From assembly GCA_965217115.1 (NCBI GenBank), contig OZ244239.1:960001-1024000 (forward strand): a DNA stretch of 64,000 bases. Reading direction: 5' to 3'. The DNA comes from Bdellovibrionales bacterium (GTDB lineage: Bacteria > Bdellovibrionota > Bdellovibrionia > Bdellovibrionales > CAYMLA01). Below, in pieces: positions 29,820 to 40,190 of the stretch. Position numbers and translations under genes: made by a program. A model generated the notes under the pieces. It was not told the DNA's origin. It saw only the letters and a program-made list of their open reading frames with translations, and ran no database searches. How positions within the stretch are numbered: position 1 is the stretch's first letter; every line of letters begins with the position of its first letter.

Positions 29820-30755
29820 AAGCTCTTGGGACTCAAGCCAACGTTCAGCGTCTATAGCCGCCATACAGCCTGTTCCTGCTGCAGTGATGGCTTGTCTATA
29901 AATATGATCCTGCACGTCTCCACAGGCAAAAACTCCGTCAATATTAGTATAGGAAGAGTCTGCCTGTGTCTTGAGATAACCTGTTTTTTCCATATCTAGC
30001 TGACCACTGAATAAATCTGTATTAGGCCTATGTCCTATGGCAATAAAAAGTCCTTCCATCGGCACATCAGACTCATCACCTGTTTTCGTGTCTTTTAATT
30101 TAACTCCTTTCATTAATTCATCACCATAAACTTCAGAGACTCCCTTATTCCAAAGAATTTCAATCTTTTCATGCTTTATCACTCGATCGGCCATGATCTT
30201 AGAAGCCCTAAAATGATCACGTCGATGTATGACTATGACCTTAGAAGCAAATCGAGTTAAAAATAAAGCCTCCTCCATTGCTGTGTCACCACCACCTACG
30301 ATACCAACAACCATATTTTTAAAAAAAGCACCATCACACGTTGCACAAGCAGAAACTCCTTTACCCATAAAGGCCTTTTCAGAATCTAACTCAAGAAATT
30401 TAGCCGAGGCCCCTGTAGAAACTATTACTGTCTTTCCTTCATATAATTTATCTCCAACCCACACCTTAAGAGGATGTTGAGAAAAATCTACTTTAGTTAC
30501 ATTTTTAGTAACAAAGCGCGTTCCAAATCTCTCTGCCTGTTGACGAATCACATCAATTAACTCTGGTCCAGTCACTCCCTTAGGAAAACCAGGGAAATTT
30601 TCAACATCTGTTGTGATCATTAACTGTCCGCCCGCTTCTTCCCCTTCAAACATTATTGGATTTAGATTTGCGCGAGCTGCATATATTGCAGCTGTTAAGC
30701 CAGCAGGCCCTGAACCAATAATTATCACACTCTCCACAGTTTTTTCCATTATCAA
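29814..30755 (-). CDS. trxB: Thioredoxin reductase
   Basis: IGSGPAG, GVSACATCDG, GGGDTAMEEA, YRQAITAAGTG. Confidence 0.97.
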   Translation of the reverse strand: MIMEKTVESVIIIGSGPAGLTAAIYAARANLNPIMFEGEEAGGQLMITTDVENFPGFPKGVTGPELIDVIRQQAERFGTRFVTKNVTKVDFSQHPLKVWVGDKLYEGKTVIVSTGASAKFLELDSEKAFMGKGVSACATCDGAFFKNMVVGIVGGGDTAMEEALFLTRFASKVIVIHRRDHFRASKIMADRVIKHEKIEILWNKGVSEVYGDELMKGVKLKDTKTGDESDVPMEGLFIAIGHRPNTDLFSGQLDMEKTGYLKTQADSSYTNIDGVFACGDVQDHIYRQAITAAGTGCMAAIDAERWLESQELS

Positions 30756-30851
30756 AACCCCTTATTAGAAAATCTGCCCTCACCTATTTCGTTCAAAAAA
30801 TATAATTCAGTAAAAAGCAAAAGTCATGTTTATTAAAAAATTCAGAAGTAT

Positions 30852-31550
30852 TTACTCAGTGAAGTGCATAAACGCTTTGTCTTCCCTACAAGACACCTCT
30901 AGCCAATTATATAATCTCTCACCCACTTCAGACGGAGGCTGTACCAACCCTTCTTTTTGACGAGGCCAAGCAGATGCTGGCAGCATTTTTGTATCCATAT
31001 AAGATGGGCTAAAAAGACGTAACAGACAGTTTCTCTCTATATTTTCACCACCAATAGAACTTAAAAGCCCCTTCATTGCATGTTTTGCTGCCGCATAACT
31101 AGACGCCATTGGATCAGGAGAGCTCTCCGCCACTGATGAACCAATATACGTAAATAAATGATTTTCTCTTCCATGTAAGAGAAAATAAAGCAATTTTGAT
31201 GGGAAAATAAAGTTCACTTCATAGGCCCATCGATGGGAGCTCCATTTCTTTGTTTCAAACTTCCCATGTGGGCCTCCTCCTGCAAAGTATAAGACTCCCA
31301 AAGAGGGGACCGTCGATAGCACCTCAATTAACTTCTCTTGATCCTCATGAGAACTAAAATCAGCCCCTACAGTCTTAACTTTGTTATTCTTGATTTTCTT
31401 TGCAAGTTCAGATAGACGATCTTCTTTACGAGAAACTAGATAAAATGTCTTTCCCTGAACTTTTTGATCCCAAAGTAAGACAGAGACTCTACCAAAACCT
31501 CGACTGCTTCCTAAAAAAAACCAATTTTCAATTTTTTCTATATTTTTCAT
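30852..31550 (-). CDS. Short-chain dehydrogenase/reductase
   Basis: GSSRGFG Rossmann motif, YAAAK catalytic motif. Confidence 0.8.
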   Translation of the reverse strand: MKNIEKIENWFFLGSSRGFGRVSVLLWDQKVQGKTFYLVSRKEDRLSELAKKIKNNKVKTVGADFSSHEDQEKLIEVLSTVPSLGVLYFAGGGPHGKFETKKWSSHRWAYEVNFIFPSKLLYFLLHGRENHLFTYIGSSVAESSPDPMASSYAAAKHAMKGLLSSIGGENIERNCLLRLFSPSYMDTKMLPASAWPRQKEGLVQPPSEVGERLYNWLEVSCREDKAFMHFTE

Positions 31551-31652
31551 TTTTAATAACTACCTGCTCTTCAAAGGTCTTCATTTAAGACGATAGATCA
31601 ACATCCCTAGTTTCACTTGCTTTCTATAAAGAAGAAAGTGATAAAACACCGT

Positions 31653-31934
31653 ATGATCTCTTTTATTAAAAAGAAAAACCCTATTCATAATCAAAAAGAC
31701 AACACTCTTATGGATATCCTCAACGAGAATAACGTTCCTGTTGCCAGTTCTTGTGGTGGAGAAGGGGTTTGTGCCAAATGTCTTATTACAATTCATCAAG
31801 GGTGGGAAAATCTCTCTCCTCTCTGTCAACGTGAACTCTCTTTACGTCAACAGCATTCATTCCCAGAAAATACACGAGTTAGTTGCCAAACATATCTCAC
31901 TGGAGATGTCACAATTGACGCTGATTACTGGTAA
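31653..31934 (+). CDS. 2Fe-2S ferredoxin
   Basis: SCGGEGVCAKC...RVSCQ. Confidence 0.88.
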   Translation: MISFIKKKNPIHNQKDNTLMDILNENNVPVASSCGGEGVCAKCLITIHQGWENLSPLCQRELSLRQQHSFPENTRVSCQTYLTGDVTIDADYW

Positions 31935-32066
31935 TTGGACGAATCTAATGCTCATCTGAAAAAAAACATGTAAAAATTGCAAATGCTTCCATCTTTAAAG
32001 GATTTTTCCCATCCCCTGGTATACACTGCGTTAGAATCTTTTTTAACAACTCTTTAGTGTTCGTCT

Positions 32067-32762
32067 ATGAAAAGAAAACATATACATATCAGCCGCACAG
32101 CTCTTGTTCCCAGGCCTAGCGAATATATTCTAGCTCTTAAAAATGAATTTTCGGGACATGCCTACGATGAGGTTAAATGCCTAGATTTTAAAGGATTTTG
32201 GCGCACAAAGAGTTTTGAAATAGGCTGTGATACCCCCATGGATCTAGAGATCGGAACTGGCAATGGAACCCACTTTGCTCACCATGTCGCTTCCAATGAA
32301 AACCGAGTCCTCTTAGGAATTGAACTAAAGTACAAACCACTTATCCAGTCTATCAGACGAGCGATAAATACTGGACACGGAGATCGTGTTCGTATTTTAC
32401 GTTATAATGCCCTACTCATTGATAACTTATTCTGCGAGGAAGAATTGAATAATGTCTATATTCATTTTCCTGACCCATGGATAAAGAGAAGAAAAACATG
32501 GAAACATCGAATTTTCAGTGAAGACTTTTTACAGGTTCTCTATCCTCTACAAAAAAAACAAAGCTTTGTCCAATTTAAAACAGATTCAAAAGAGTACTTT
32601 GACTGGGCAATGAAACACATTTCAAAAAGCTCTTACTCCGTGGAATTTATGACCTATGATCTTCATAATTCTGAATATGCTGACCGTAATTTTCGTACTC
32701 AATTTGAAAATATTTTTCTAGCACAGAAGACACCTATTAATTTTGCTCTTTTACGTAAATAA
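32067..32762 (+). CDS. trmB: tRNA (guanine-N7)-methyltransferase
   Basis: LEIGTGNG, HFPDPW, FKTDSKEY, TQFE. Confidence 0.92.
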   Translation: MKRKHIHISRTALVPRPSEYILALKNEFSGHAYDEVKCLDFKGFWRTKSFEIGCDTPMDLEIGTGNGTHFAHHVASNENRVLLGIELKYKPLIQSIRRAINTGHGDRVRILRYNALLIDNLFCEEELNNVYIHFPDPWIKRRKTWKHRIFSEDFLQVLYPLQKKQSFVQFKTDSKEYFDWAMKHISKSSYSVEFMTYDLHNSEYADRNFRTQFENIFLAQKTPINFALLRK

Positions 32763-32840
32763 AAAACTTCTGGCTCTATTAAAGATCTAAAAGTCTAATG
32801 ATATTTCTTTGAACGTTTCGTTAAAATTCTAGTTAGATAT

Positions 32841-33869
32841 TTAAGAATTATCAGATAACCACTGAGAGTTAAGCCACTCCCACATATGGGGTCGTCTCTG
32901 ATTTAATTCAAAGTGAGAACCTTCAAACTCTGAGTAATTCAATTTAACACTCTGACTCTCTAAAACCCCTTTGATTTGCCGAGCCCCAAAGTAGAGCTGA
33001 AATTGATCATAAATACCAACACTCAAATAAATGCCTTTCAATCTTTTTACCGATTCTTTTCGTTCATCCAAGAAACACACAGGGTCCTTTTCTTTCCACG
33101 ATTTCCAAATAAGCTCCTTTACTTCCCCCCGTTCATTCACTGGAAGTTCAAAATCAAACGGTCCCTCTGCCTTAGGTGAATAGCACGAAGCCATGCCCAC
33201 AGTATTCAATACCTCATGCCAGTTTTTTGATTTTAACAGACGTCCCGATTTTAGCTCTCGATGCACGCCCTTCACTCCCCCCGCTCTCTTAATTTGCTCT
33301 AGAGATTTATAAATATCTGGCAATAACGTCACTTCAAAAGCACTGTCAGGAGCCAAAGCAGACACGTAGGGAAACACCTCTGGATATAAACTTGCCAAAT
33401 GCAAAGCTCCATATCCTCCGCTTGAGCCACCACAAATAGCCCAATGATTAGGATGAACAGCATAGTTTTTCTTCAATGTGGGGACAATCTCCTTAATAAT
33501 ATAATCTTCATAATTCCCCACATGAGGACTATTTAAAAACTGCGCACCTCCCCAAAATGTCATTGCATCCACGAAAACATACAATGCCTTGGGAGCCACT
33601 TTGTTCTGCGAACAATGATCAATGGTTTGAATCATATTATCAACAAAGGATTTTACATTAAAATAATTTGGCCCATTACCTGTAAAACCCGCCAAAACAA
33701 ATACAACGGGAAGATTCTCTCTTTTTTCCAAAGGCACTAAAACTGGGTTATAGCGAACAAAAGCATCCTTGAGTGGATTATCCTTCAACACAGAACTCGT
33801 AATTTCCAATGTCTCAATACGATAGTTACTTAAAGCATAGGGATGGAAATTATTTAATGATCGAAACAT
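32841..33869 (-). CDS. Alpha/beta-hydrolase esterase (Fes/antigen-85-like)
   Basis: LKDNPL, GNYEDYII.EIVP, GGSSGGYGA nucleophile elbow, EFEGSH. Confidence 0.8.
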   Translation of the reverse strand: MFRSLNNFHPYALSNYRIETLEITSSVLKDNPLKDAFVRYNPVLVPLEKRENLPVVFVLAGFTGNGPNYFNVKSFVDNMIQTIDHCSQNKVAPKALYVFVDAMTFWGGAQFLNSPHVGNYEDYIIKEIVPTLKKNYAVHPNHWAICGGSSGGYGALHLASLYPEVFPYVSALAPDSAFEVTLLPDIYKSLEQIKRAGGVKGVHRELKSGRLLKSKNWHEVLNTVGMASCYSPKAEGPFDFELPVNERGEVKELIWKSWKEKDPVCFLDERKESVKRLKGIYLSVGIYDQFQLYFGARQIKGVLESQSVKLNYSEFEGSHFELNQRRPHMWEWLNSQWLSDNS

Positions 33870-33872
33870 TTT

Positions 33873-34874
33873 TTATCCAAATTTTCGCCATCTTTTTTCA
33901 TTTTTTTCTTCAATTTTTTTAAAATCTCCTTCTGATAGTTCAGATTCATCTACGCCCTTAATCCTATTACGCCCATCATTTTTTGCCCTGTACAAAGCGT
34001 GATCAGCCAAACGAACAATATCCCTTGCATCCTCACTGCCTTTCCCGTGAGGGTTCGTCACCATAAAACCAATACTACAAGTTAACCAGATATCATCATC
34101 ACCATTAACAAAATGATTTTCAGCCACTGCCTTGCGTAATCGCTCACAGAATAATCGAGCACCATCGGGGTTCACTTCCGTCAAAACAATCAAAAATTCA
34201 TCTCCACCATAGCGAGCTGCAAAATCAATCGAGCGAATACTTTGTTTAATAATTTTTCCCATCTCTGTTAAGACAAAACTACCAAATAAATGATCATGAT
34301 CATCATTAACCAATTTAAAATGATCCATATCTAACATCACCACACACACAGATCTCTGAAAGCGCCTTGCTCTTTGTAACTCGTTCTCTAATTTACTATA
34401 AAGATATCTCATATTATACAAATCTGTAAGATCATCTCTCTCCACTAGGGTATTCAATTTTTTATTGGCCTCTTGCAGTTGATCATATAATTTTTTACTA
34501 TGTATTTGTGTTCTCACACGTGCTAACAATTCCTCTGACAAGAAAGGCTTGCACACATAATCATCTGCTCCCATATCAAGCCCATGCACAATATCTTTGG
34601 CATCACTTTTGGCCGTTAATAAAATAACAGACGTATTTTCTATATTTTGACGTATTTTCTTTAAAATCTCTAATCCATCCAAATCAGGTATACTCACATC
34701 TAAAAGAACTAAATCAGGCCGCCAAGACTCAATTTTTCCATACCCCTCAGCTCCTGCCTTGGACGATTCCACCTGATATCCCTCAGAAGACAAAACTGTG
34801 GTCATAAAAGATATTATATCATCATCGTCATCAATAATTAATATTTTGCCAATGTTTTTAAGTTTCTGCACCAT
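33873..34874 (-). CDS. Response regulator diguanylate cyclase (REC-GGDEF)
   Basis: REC with LLD and KP; DMDHFKLVND, RSID I-site, RYGGDEF active site. Confidence 0.93.
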   Translation of the reverse strand: MVQKLKNIGKILIIDDDDDIISFMTTVLSSEGYQVESSKAGAEGYGKIESWRPDLVLLDVSIPDLDGLEILKKIRQNIENTSVILLTAKSDAKDIVHGLDMGADDYVCKPFLSEELLARVRTQIHSKKLYDQLQEANKKLNTLVERDDLTDLYNMRYLYSKLENELQRARRFQRSVCVVMLDMDHFKLVNDDHDHLFGSFVLTEMGKIIKQSIRSIDFAARYGGDEFLIVLTEVNPDGARLFCERLRKAVAENHFVNGDDDIWLTCSIGFMVTNPHGKGSEDARDIVRLADHALYRAKNDGRNRIKGVDESELSEGDFKKIEEKNEKRWRKFG

Positions 34875-35132
34875 AGAGCTATTCTACTCTGTATAGAGAG
34901 CTTTTTCACAAAATCACGCCTGTTTTAGAGAAAGCCTCCACTTTAGTCAGTTCATTTTTATACTTTAGGTGGTAGACATTAATGCTTTAATCCAGTAATA
35001 AAAAATGATTCATTTAATAAAAAGAGTTTATGAGGTCCAGTCACAAACAAGAACCTCGCCTAGATTGGAGTCCGTTTGAACAATTCCTTAGTAAACCCTC
35101 TTCATTCTCTCTTAAGAAAATAAGGCTAAAAA

Positions 35133-37547
35133 ATGGCGTACAATCACAAGAACATCGATAAAAAATGGCAAAAAAAATGGCTCGACGAAGATATTTTCAA
35201 AGCTGAAATTGACCACGATAAAGAAAAATTCTACGCTCTGGATATGTTCCCCTATCCTTCTGGATCAGGTTTACACGTCGGACATCTAGCATCATACACC
35301 CCTGGTGAAATCGTATCACGCTACAAGAGAACCAAGGGATTCAATGTTCTACATCCTATGGGCTTTGATGCCTTCGGTCTTCCTGCTGAACAATACGCCA
35401 TTCAAACAGGAATCCATCCAGAAAAAACCACGCACCAAGCCATTGAAAATTTTCGACGCCAACTTCAATCCTATGGGTATAGTTTTGATTGGGACCGTCA
35501 AATTTCTACTTGCGATCCACAGTATTACAAATGGACACAATATATTTTTACCATCCTTTACAAAAAAGGCCTGGCCTATCAAAAAGAGGCGGCCGTAAAT
35601 TGGTGTCCTGCCCTGAAAACTGTTCTTGCCAATGATGAAGTTATTGATGGCAAGAGCGAACGTGGTGGACATCCAGTTATACAAAAACCCATGAAACAAT
35701 GGATGCTTAAAATAACAAATTACAGTGAACAACTCCTCCAGGGCCTCGATGAGATCAATTGGCCACAGAGAACAAAAGAAGGACAAAAAAATTGGATTGG
35801 CAAAAGCATAGGAGCAAAGATTGATTTTTCTATAGATTCTTTTCAGGGAAAGATAACTAAAGAAGACATTTCCGTTTTTACAACTCGTCCCGACACCTTA
35901 TTTGGAGTCACATTTATGGTTTTGGCCCCCGAACACCCTCTTGTTAAAACCATCACCATTGAAAAACAGAAAACAGCTGTTGAAACTTATATCTCGCAAT
36001 CATCCCTTAAAAGTGAGATGGACCGCAAAGCTTCAACTGAAAAAACAGGGATATTCACGGGAGCCCACGCCATCAACCCTCTCAATGGATATAAAATTCC
36101 CATTTGGATTGCCGATTACGTCCTAATGAATTACGGAACAGGAGCTATTATGGCTGTACCTGGACATGACAGTCGAGATTTTGAGTTTGCGGAAAAATTT
36201 GATCTCCCTATCAAAAGAGTTATCGATAGCAAAGAAGATATGCCCTTTGAGGGAGATGGAGCCTTGGTTAATTCTGACTTTCTCAATGGTCTCTCTAAAG
36301 CTGATGCCATCAATAAAATAATCTCCTACCTAGAATCAGAAAAAAAAGGCACTCAGAGTATTCAATACAAACTCAGAGATTGGCTCTTTAGTCGCCAACG
36401 ATATTGGGGAGAACCATTTCCTGTTGTTCACTTGAAAGATTCGGGAACACAAGCTCTGGATCTCAATGAACTTCCCATTGAATTACCTAATGTCGCTAAT
36501 TTTAAACCTACAGACGATGGTGCCGCTGTCTTATCCCGCAACCAAGAGTGGACTAACTACACATCTTCTCTCCAAGAAGAAGGTTCTCGTGAAACAAATA
36601 CCATGCCTGGCGCCGCTGGCTCTTCTTGGTACTTTCTACGTTATTGTGATCCCCACAATGATAAGGAGCTGTGTAGCAAAGACGCTCAAAAATATTGGAT
36701 GCCTGTAGATCTTTACATTGGTGGAGCTGAGCACACTGTTGGTCACCTTCTCTACTCACGCTTTTGGCAAAAAGCCCTATATGAAGAGGGCCTCGTTCTC
36801 CACAATGAGCCTTTTAATAAACTCGCTCATCAAGGTATGATTCTTGGCTCTGATGGAGAAAAAATGTCCAAATCCCGTGGAAACGTCATTAATGTTGATG
36901 ACGTTCAGGATCGCTATGGGGCCGACGCTGTTCGTGTTTTTGTTACTTTTCTTGGACCCATGGATAAAGACAAGCCCTGGTCTGAATCTGGCATCGACGG
37001 AGCCAAACGTTTTCTCGACAGAGTTTGGCGCTTATGCTTAAATGACCAAGGCGACAATATCACTGACAACTCCGATATTAGTCATTCTTTAAATAAAACT
37101 CTTCATAAAACAATTAAGAAAGTCACTACTGATATTGAATCCATGAATTTCAACACTGCTATCAGCTCCATGATGATCTTGGTCAATGAACTTTACAAAG
37201 AAAACTCACACAGCCAAAAGGCTCTAAAACCTCTTTGTCAGCTACTCATGCCCTTTGCTCCTCACATAGCCGAAGAACTTTGGGAGAGAATGGGCGGCAA
37301 GGGTTTTGTCTCTCTTGCGCCATGGCCCACTTTTGAGCCAAATCTCGCTAAGGATAATGTTATTACTATGGGGGTTCAGGTTAACGGAAAAATGAGGGGA
37401 ACCATCGAAGCTTCCCCAGATGAGACAGAAGAAAGCGCCATGGACAAAACCAAAAGCGTGAACTCTATACAAAATGCTCTTGAGGGAAAAAATATTATAA
37501 AAATCATTTACAAGCCAGGTAAAATTCTAAATATTATCGCCAAATAG
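35133..37547 (+). CDS. leuS: Leucine--tRNA ligase
   Basis: MFPYPSGSGLHVGH, FTTRPDTL editing domain, SRQRYWGEP, KMSKS. Confidence 0.98.
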   Translation: MAYNHKNIDKKWQKKWLDEDIFKAEIDHDKEKFYALDMFPYPSGSGLHVGHLASYTPGEIVSRYKRTKGFNVLHPMGFDAFGLPAEQYAIQTGIHPEKTTHQAIENFRRQLQSYGYSFDWDRQISTCDPQYYKWTQYIFTILYKKGLAYQKEAAVNWCPALKTVLANDEVIDGKSERGGHPVIQKPMKQWMLKITNYSEQLLQGLDEINWPQRTKEGQKNWIGKSIGAKIDFSIDSFQGKITKEDISVFTTRPDTLFGVTFMVLAPEHPLVKTITIEKQKTAVETYISQSSLKSEMDRKASTEKTGIFTGAHAINPLNGYKIPIWIADYVLMNYGTGAIMAVPGHDSRDFEFAEKFDLPIKRVIDSKEDMPFEGDGALVNSDFLNGLSKADAINKIISYLESEKKGTQSIQYKLRDWLFSRQRYWGEPFPVVHLKDSGTQALDLNELPIELPNVANFKPTDDGAAVLSRNQEWTNYTSSLQEEGSRETNTMPGAAGSSWYFLRYCDPHNDKELCSKDAQKYWMPVDLYIGGAEHTVGHLLYSRFWQKALYEEGLVLHNEPFNKLAHQGMILGSDGEKMSKSRGNVINVDDVQDRYGADAVRVFVTFLGPMDKDKPWSESGIDGAKRFLDRVWRLCLNDQGDNITDNSDISHSLNKTLHKTIKKVTTDIESMNFNTAISSMMILVNELYKENSHSQKALKPLCQLLMPFAPHIAEELWERMGGKGFVSLAPWPTFEPNLAKDNVITMGVQVNGKMRGTIEASPDETEESAMDKTKSVNSIQNALEGKNIIKIIYKPGKILNIIAK

Positions 37548-37614
37548 GAGCCTAAAAACTCAAACAGAACAAGTGCAATGGCACTTGGCAATAGGTTCAT
37601 TAGAGGTTTATAAA

Positions 37615-39546
37615 ATGTCAGAAATTCACACAACCACGCAAAACGACACCATACAAGAAAATATGAAACTCTACGGAATTTCCTCTTGGGGACATGATTA
37701 CTTCTCTATTAACGATAAGGGCAATATCCTAGTTACCCCCAAAGGTTTTGATAAGCCAGGATTAGATCTTTATCAATTAACACAGGATCTCGTCGAACGC
37801 GGTGTGCGCCTGCCTTTGCTCATTCGTTTCTCAGATATTGTTGAAGCCCGTGTACAACTATTGTCACAGTCTTTTGCCAACGCCATTAAAGAGTACGGAT
37901 TCAATGGAAATTATCAAGGGGTTTATCCTCTTAAAGTTAATCAACAACGTCATCTTGTTGAAGAGCTTATGAAATTTGGCATCCAGAATAATCTCGGGCT
38001 TGAGTGTGGCAGTAAACCAGAACTCCTTGTTGCTTTAGCGCAAATGAATTGCTCAAATGGATTCATTATTTGCAATGGATTTAAAGATAGTGAATATATT
38101 GAAACAGCACTTTTAGCACAAAAACTTGGACTTAAAATAATTCTTGTGGTTGACCGTCCCATGGAGTTAGGCATGATTCTCAGTGCCTCTAAGAAATTAA
38201 AAATTCATCCACGAATTGGTTTTCGCGCTAAACTCACCAGCAAAGGCAGTGGTAAGTGGACCGAATCTTCAGGGTCACGCTCTAAATTTGGTTTAACATC
38301 CTACGAAATTATCGAAGGCATTAATACCTTGAAGGTCCAAGGCTCTCTACAGTATTTAGAGCTACTTCATTTTCACATTGGTTCTCAAATCACGTCTATT
38401 CAAGCTATCAAAGCCTCACTCAAAGAAGCTTCACGCTTCTATACGGAGATTTATCATCTTGGAGTCAAACCTAAATTTTTAGATGTGGGAGGTGGACTTG
38501 GAATTGATTATGACGGTTCAGGAAAGAGTGAAAGCTCCATCAATTACAATGTGCAAGAATATGCCAATGATGTCGTATCTATTATTCAAGATATTTGTGA
38601 TGAAAAAAAAATCCCTCATCCAACCATTATCACTGAATCTGGCAGAAGTCTTGTCGCCCACACCTCTGTTCTTATTTTTAATATTCTAGGAGTCCATGAA
38701 GTTCGACAACAACAGATGCCGCCAAAAGTAACTGAAAAAGACCACCAAATACTTCAAAACCTACAATACATGTGTGATAATTTAAACGAAACTAATCTCA
38801 ATGAGTCCTTTAATGATCTTAGCCAAATCAAAGAGGAAATTCTCCAGTTTTTTACCTATGGAGTTTTAAATTTAAACGATCGATCTAGAGCAGAAAAATT
38901 TTATTGGGCTCTGATAACGAAAATGGCACACATAGCAAGCACCTTAGAGAATGAAGCTGATATGCTCTCAAATCTTAATCAACTCTTGTCAGACACTTAT
39001 TTTTGTAATTTCTCAATTTTTCAATCCTTGCCAGATGCCTGGGCTATAGATCAGATTTTTCCTGTACTACCAATACATAGGCTCAATGAAAAGCCCAATC
39101 GCCGTGCGCAACTTGTTGACCTTACCTGTGACTCTGATGGAAAAATTGAAACATTCTATGACTTAAAAAAAAATATTACAAAAAACACCTTAGAAGTTCA
39201 CTCTATCGACGAAGAAAATAATTATTATCTGGGAACTTTTCTCACAGGAGCTTATCAGGAAATTCTCGGCGATCTTCATAATTTATTTGGAGATACAGAT
39301 GCCATTAACATTTCCTTATCCGATAAGGGACACTATCAAATAGATTCAGTTGTCAAAGGAGACACGGTTAAAGAAGTTCTTCATTATGTTCAGTACAATG
39401 AAGAAGAATTATTAGAAAAAATTCGTGTGGCTTCTGAAAAAAGCATCTCTGAAGGGGACATGAGTAAGCAAGAGGCTAAATCTCTACTACAACACTATCA
39501 AATAAGTCTTGATGGATACACCTATCTACGAGACTCTAAAAAATGA
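37615..39546 (+). CDS. speA: Biosynthetic arginine decarboxylase
   Basis: VYPLKVNQ, GLECGSKPEL, LHFHIGSQI, DVGGGLG, DLTCDSDG, GAYQEILGDLHNLFG. Confidence 0.96.
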   Translation: MSEIHTTTQNDTIQENMKLYGISSWGHDYFSINDKGNILVTPKGFDKPGLDLYQLTQDLVERGVRLPLLIRFSDIVEARVQLLSQSFANAIKEYGFNGNYQGVYPLKVNQQRHLVEELMKFGIQNNLGLECGSKPELLVALAQMNCSNGFIICNGFKDSEYIETALLAQKLGLKIILVVDRPMELGMILSASKKLKIHPRIGFRAKLTSKGSGKWTESSGSRSKFGLTSYEIIEGINTLKVQGSLQYLELLHFHIGSQITSIQAIKASLKEASRFYTEIYHLGVKPKFLDVGGGLGIDYDGSGKSESSINYNVQEYANDVVSIIQDICDEKKIPHPTIITESGRSLVAHTSVLIFNILGVHEVRQQQMPPKVTEKDHQILQNLQYMCDNLNETNLNESFNDLSQIKEEILQFFTYGVLNLNDRSRAEKFYWALITKMAHIASTLENEADMLSNLNQLLSDTYFCNFSIFQSLPDAWAIDQIFPVLPIHRLNEKPNRRAQLVDLTCDSDGKIETFYDLKKNITKNTLEVHSIDEENNYYLGTFLTGAYQEILGDLHNLFGDTDAINISLSDKGHYQIDSVVKGDTVKEVLHYVQYNEEELLEKIRVASEKSISEGDMSKQEAKSLLQHYQISLDGYTYLRDSKK

Positions 39547-39580
39547 TAAATTTTTTTCAACGACAAAGGACACATCCTTT

Positions 39581-40168
39581 ATGAGATTTATTCGCAAACT
39601 TTATGACTGGCTTCTTGGATGGGCTGAAAAACCTCAAGCTCTCTGGGCTCTAAGTGGAATCGCAATTATTGAAGCCATTTTTTTTCCTCTGCCTGCCGAC
39701 CCTCTACTTATTGCTATGGGAGCTGCTAAACCTAAAAAAGCTCTAAAGTATGCCCTTGTTATTACTCTCTCTTCTGTTACAGGAGGGGCTTTAGGGTACC
39801 TCATCGGCTACTCTTTCTGGAACGCAAGCCAGGACTTCTTTTTTCAATATATCTTTTCTGAAGAGACCTTTCAAGTTGTGAAAACAAACTTTAACAACAA
39901 CGCTTTTCTCGCTATTTTTATCGCCAGTTTTACTCCCATTCCTTTTAAGGTTTTCACCCTTGCGGCAGGAGCTGTTAGTATTCCACTCGTCCCATTTATT
40001 CTTGCGTCCTTGTTAGGTCGAGGATTGCGTTTTTTTCTAATTGCGAGTCTCCTTTATTTTTTCGGCCAGCCTGTTCGAGAATTTATTGAAAAACATTTTG
40101 AAAAGCTCACTCTTACCATCACTTTATTACTCATTTCCGGGTTTTACCTTATTAAATATATCCTTTAG
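39581..40168 (+). CDS. DedA/YqaA (VTT domain) membrane protein
   Basis: EAIFFPLPADPLL, GGALGYLIG, FTPIPFKVFT, GRGLRF. Confidence 0.88.
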   Translation: MRFIRKLYDWLLGWAEKPQALWALSGIAIIEAIFFPLPADPLLIAMGAAKPKKALKYALVITLSSVTGGALGYLIGYSFWNASQDFFFQYIFSEETFQVVKTNFNNNAFLAIFIASFTPIPFKVFTLAAGAVSIPLVPFILASLLGRGLRFFLIASLLYFFGQPVREFIEKHFEKLTLTITLLLISGFYLIKYIL

Positions 40169-40190
40169 ACAGATTTAAGGAGATCGTATT

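Noticed and set aside
34880..35132. T-box leader upstream of leuS
   Set aside because: No T-box GGTGG-ACC core and no clear terminator/antiterminator
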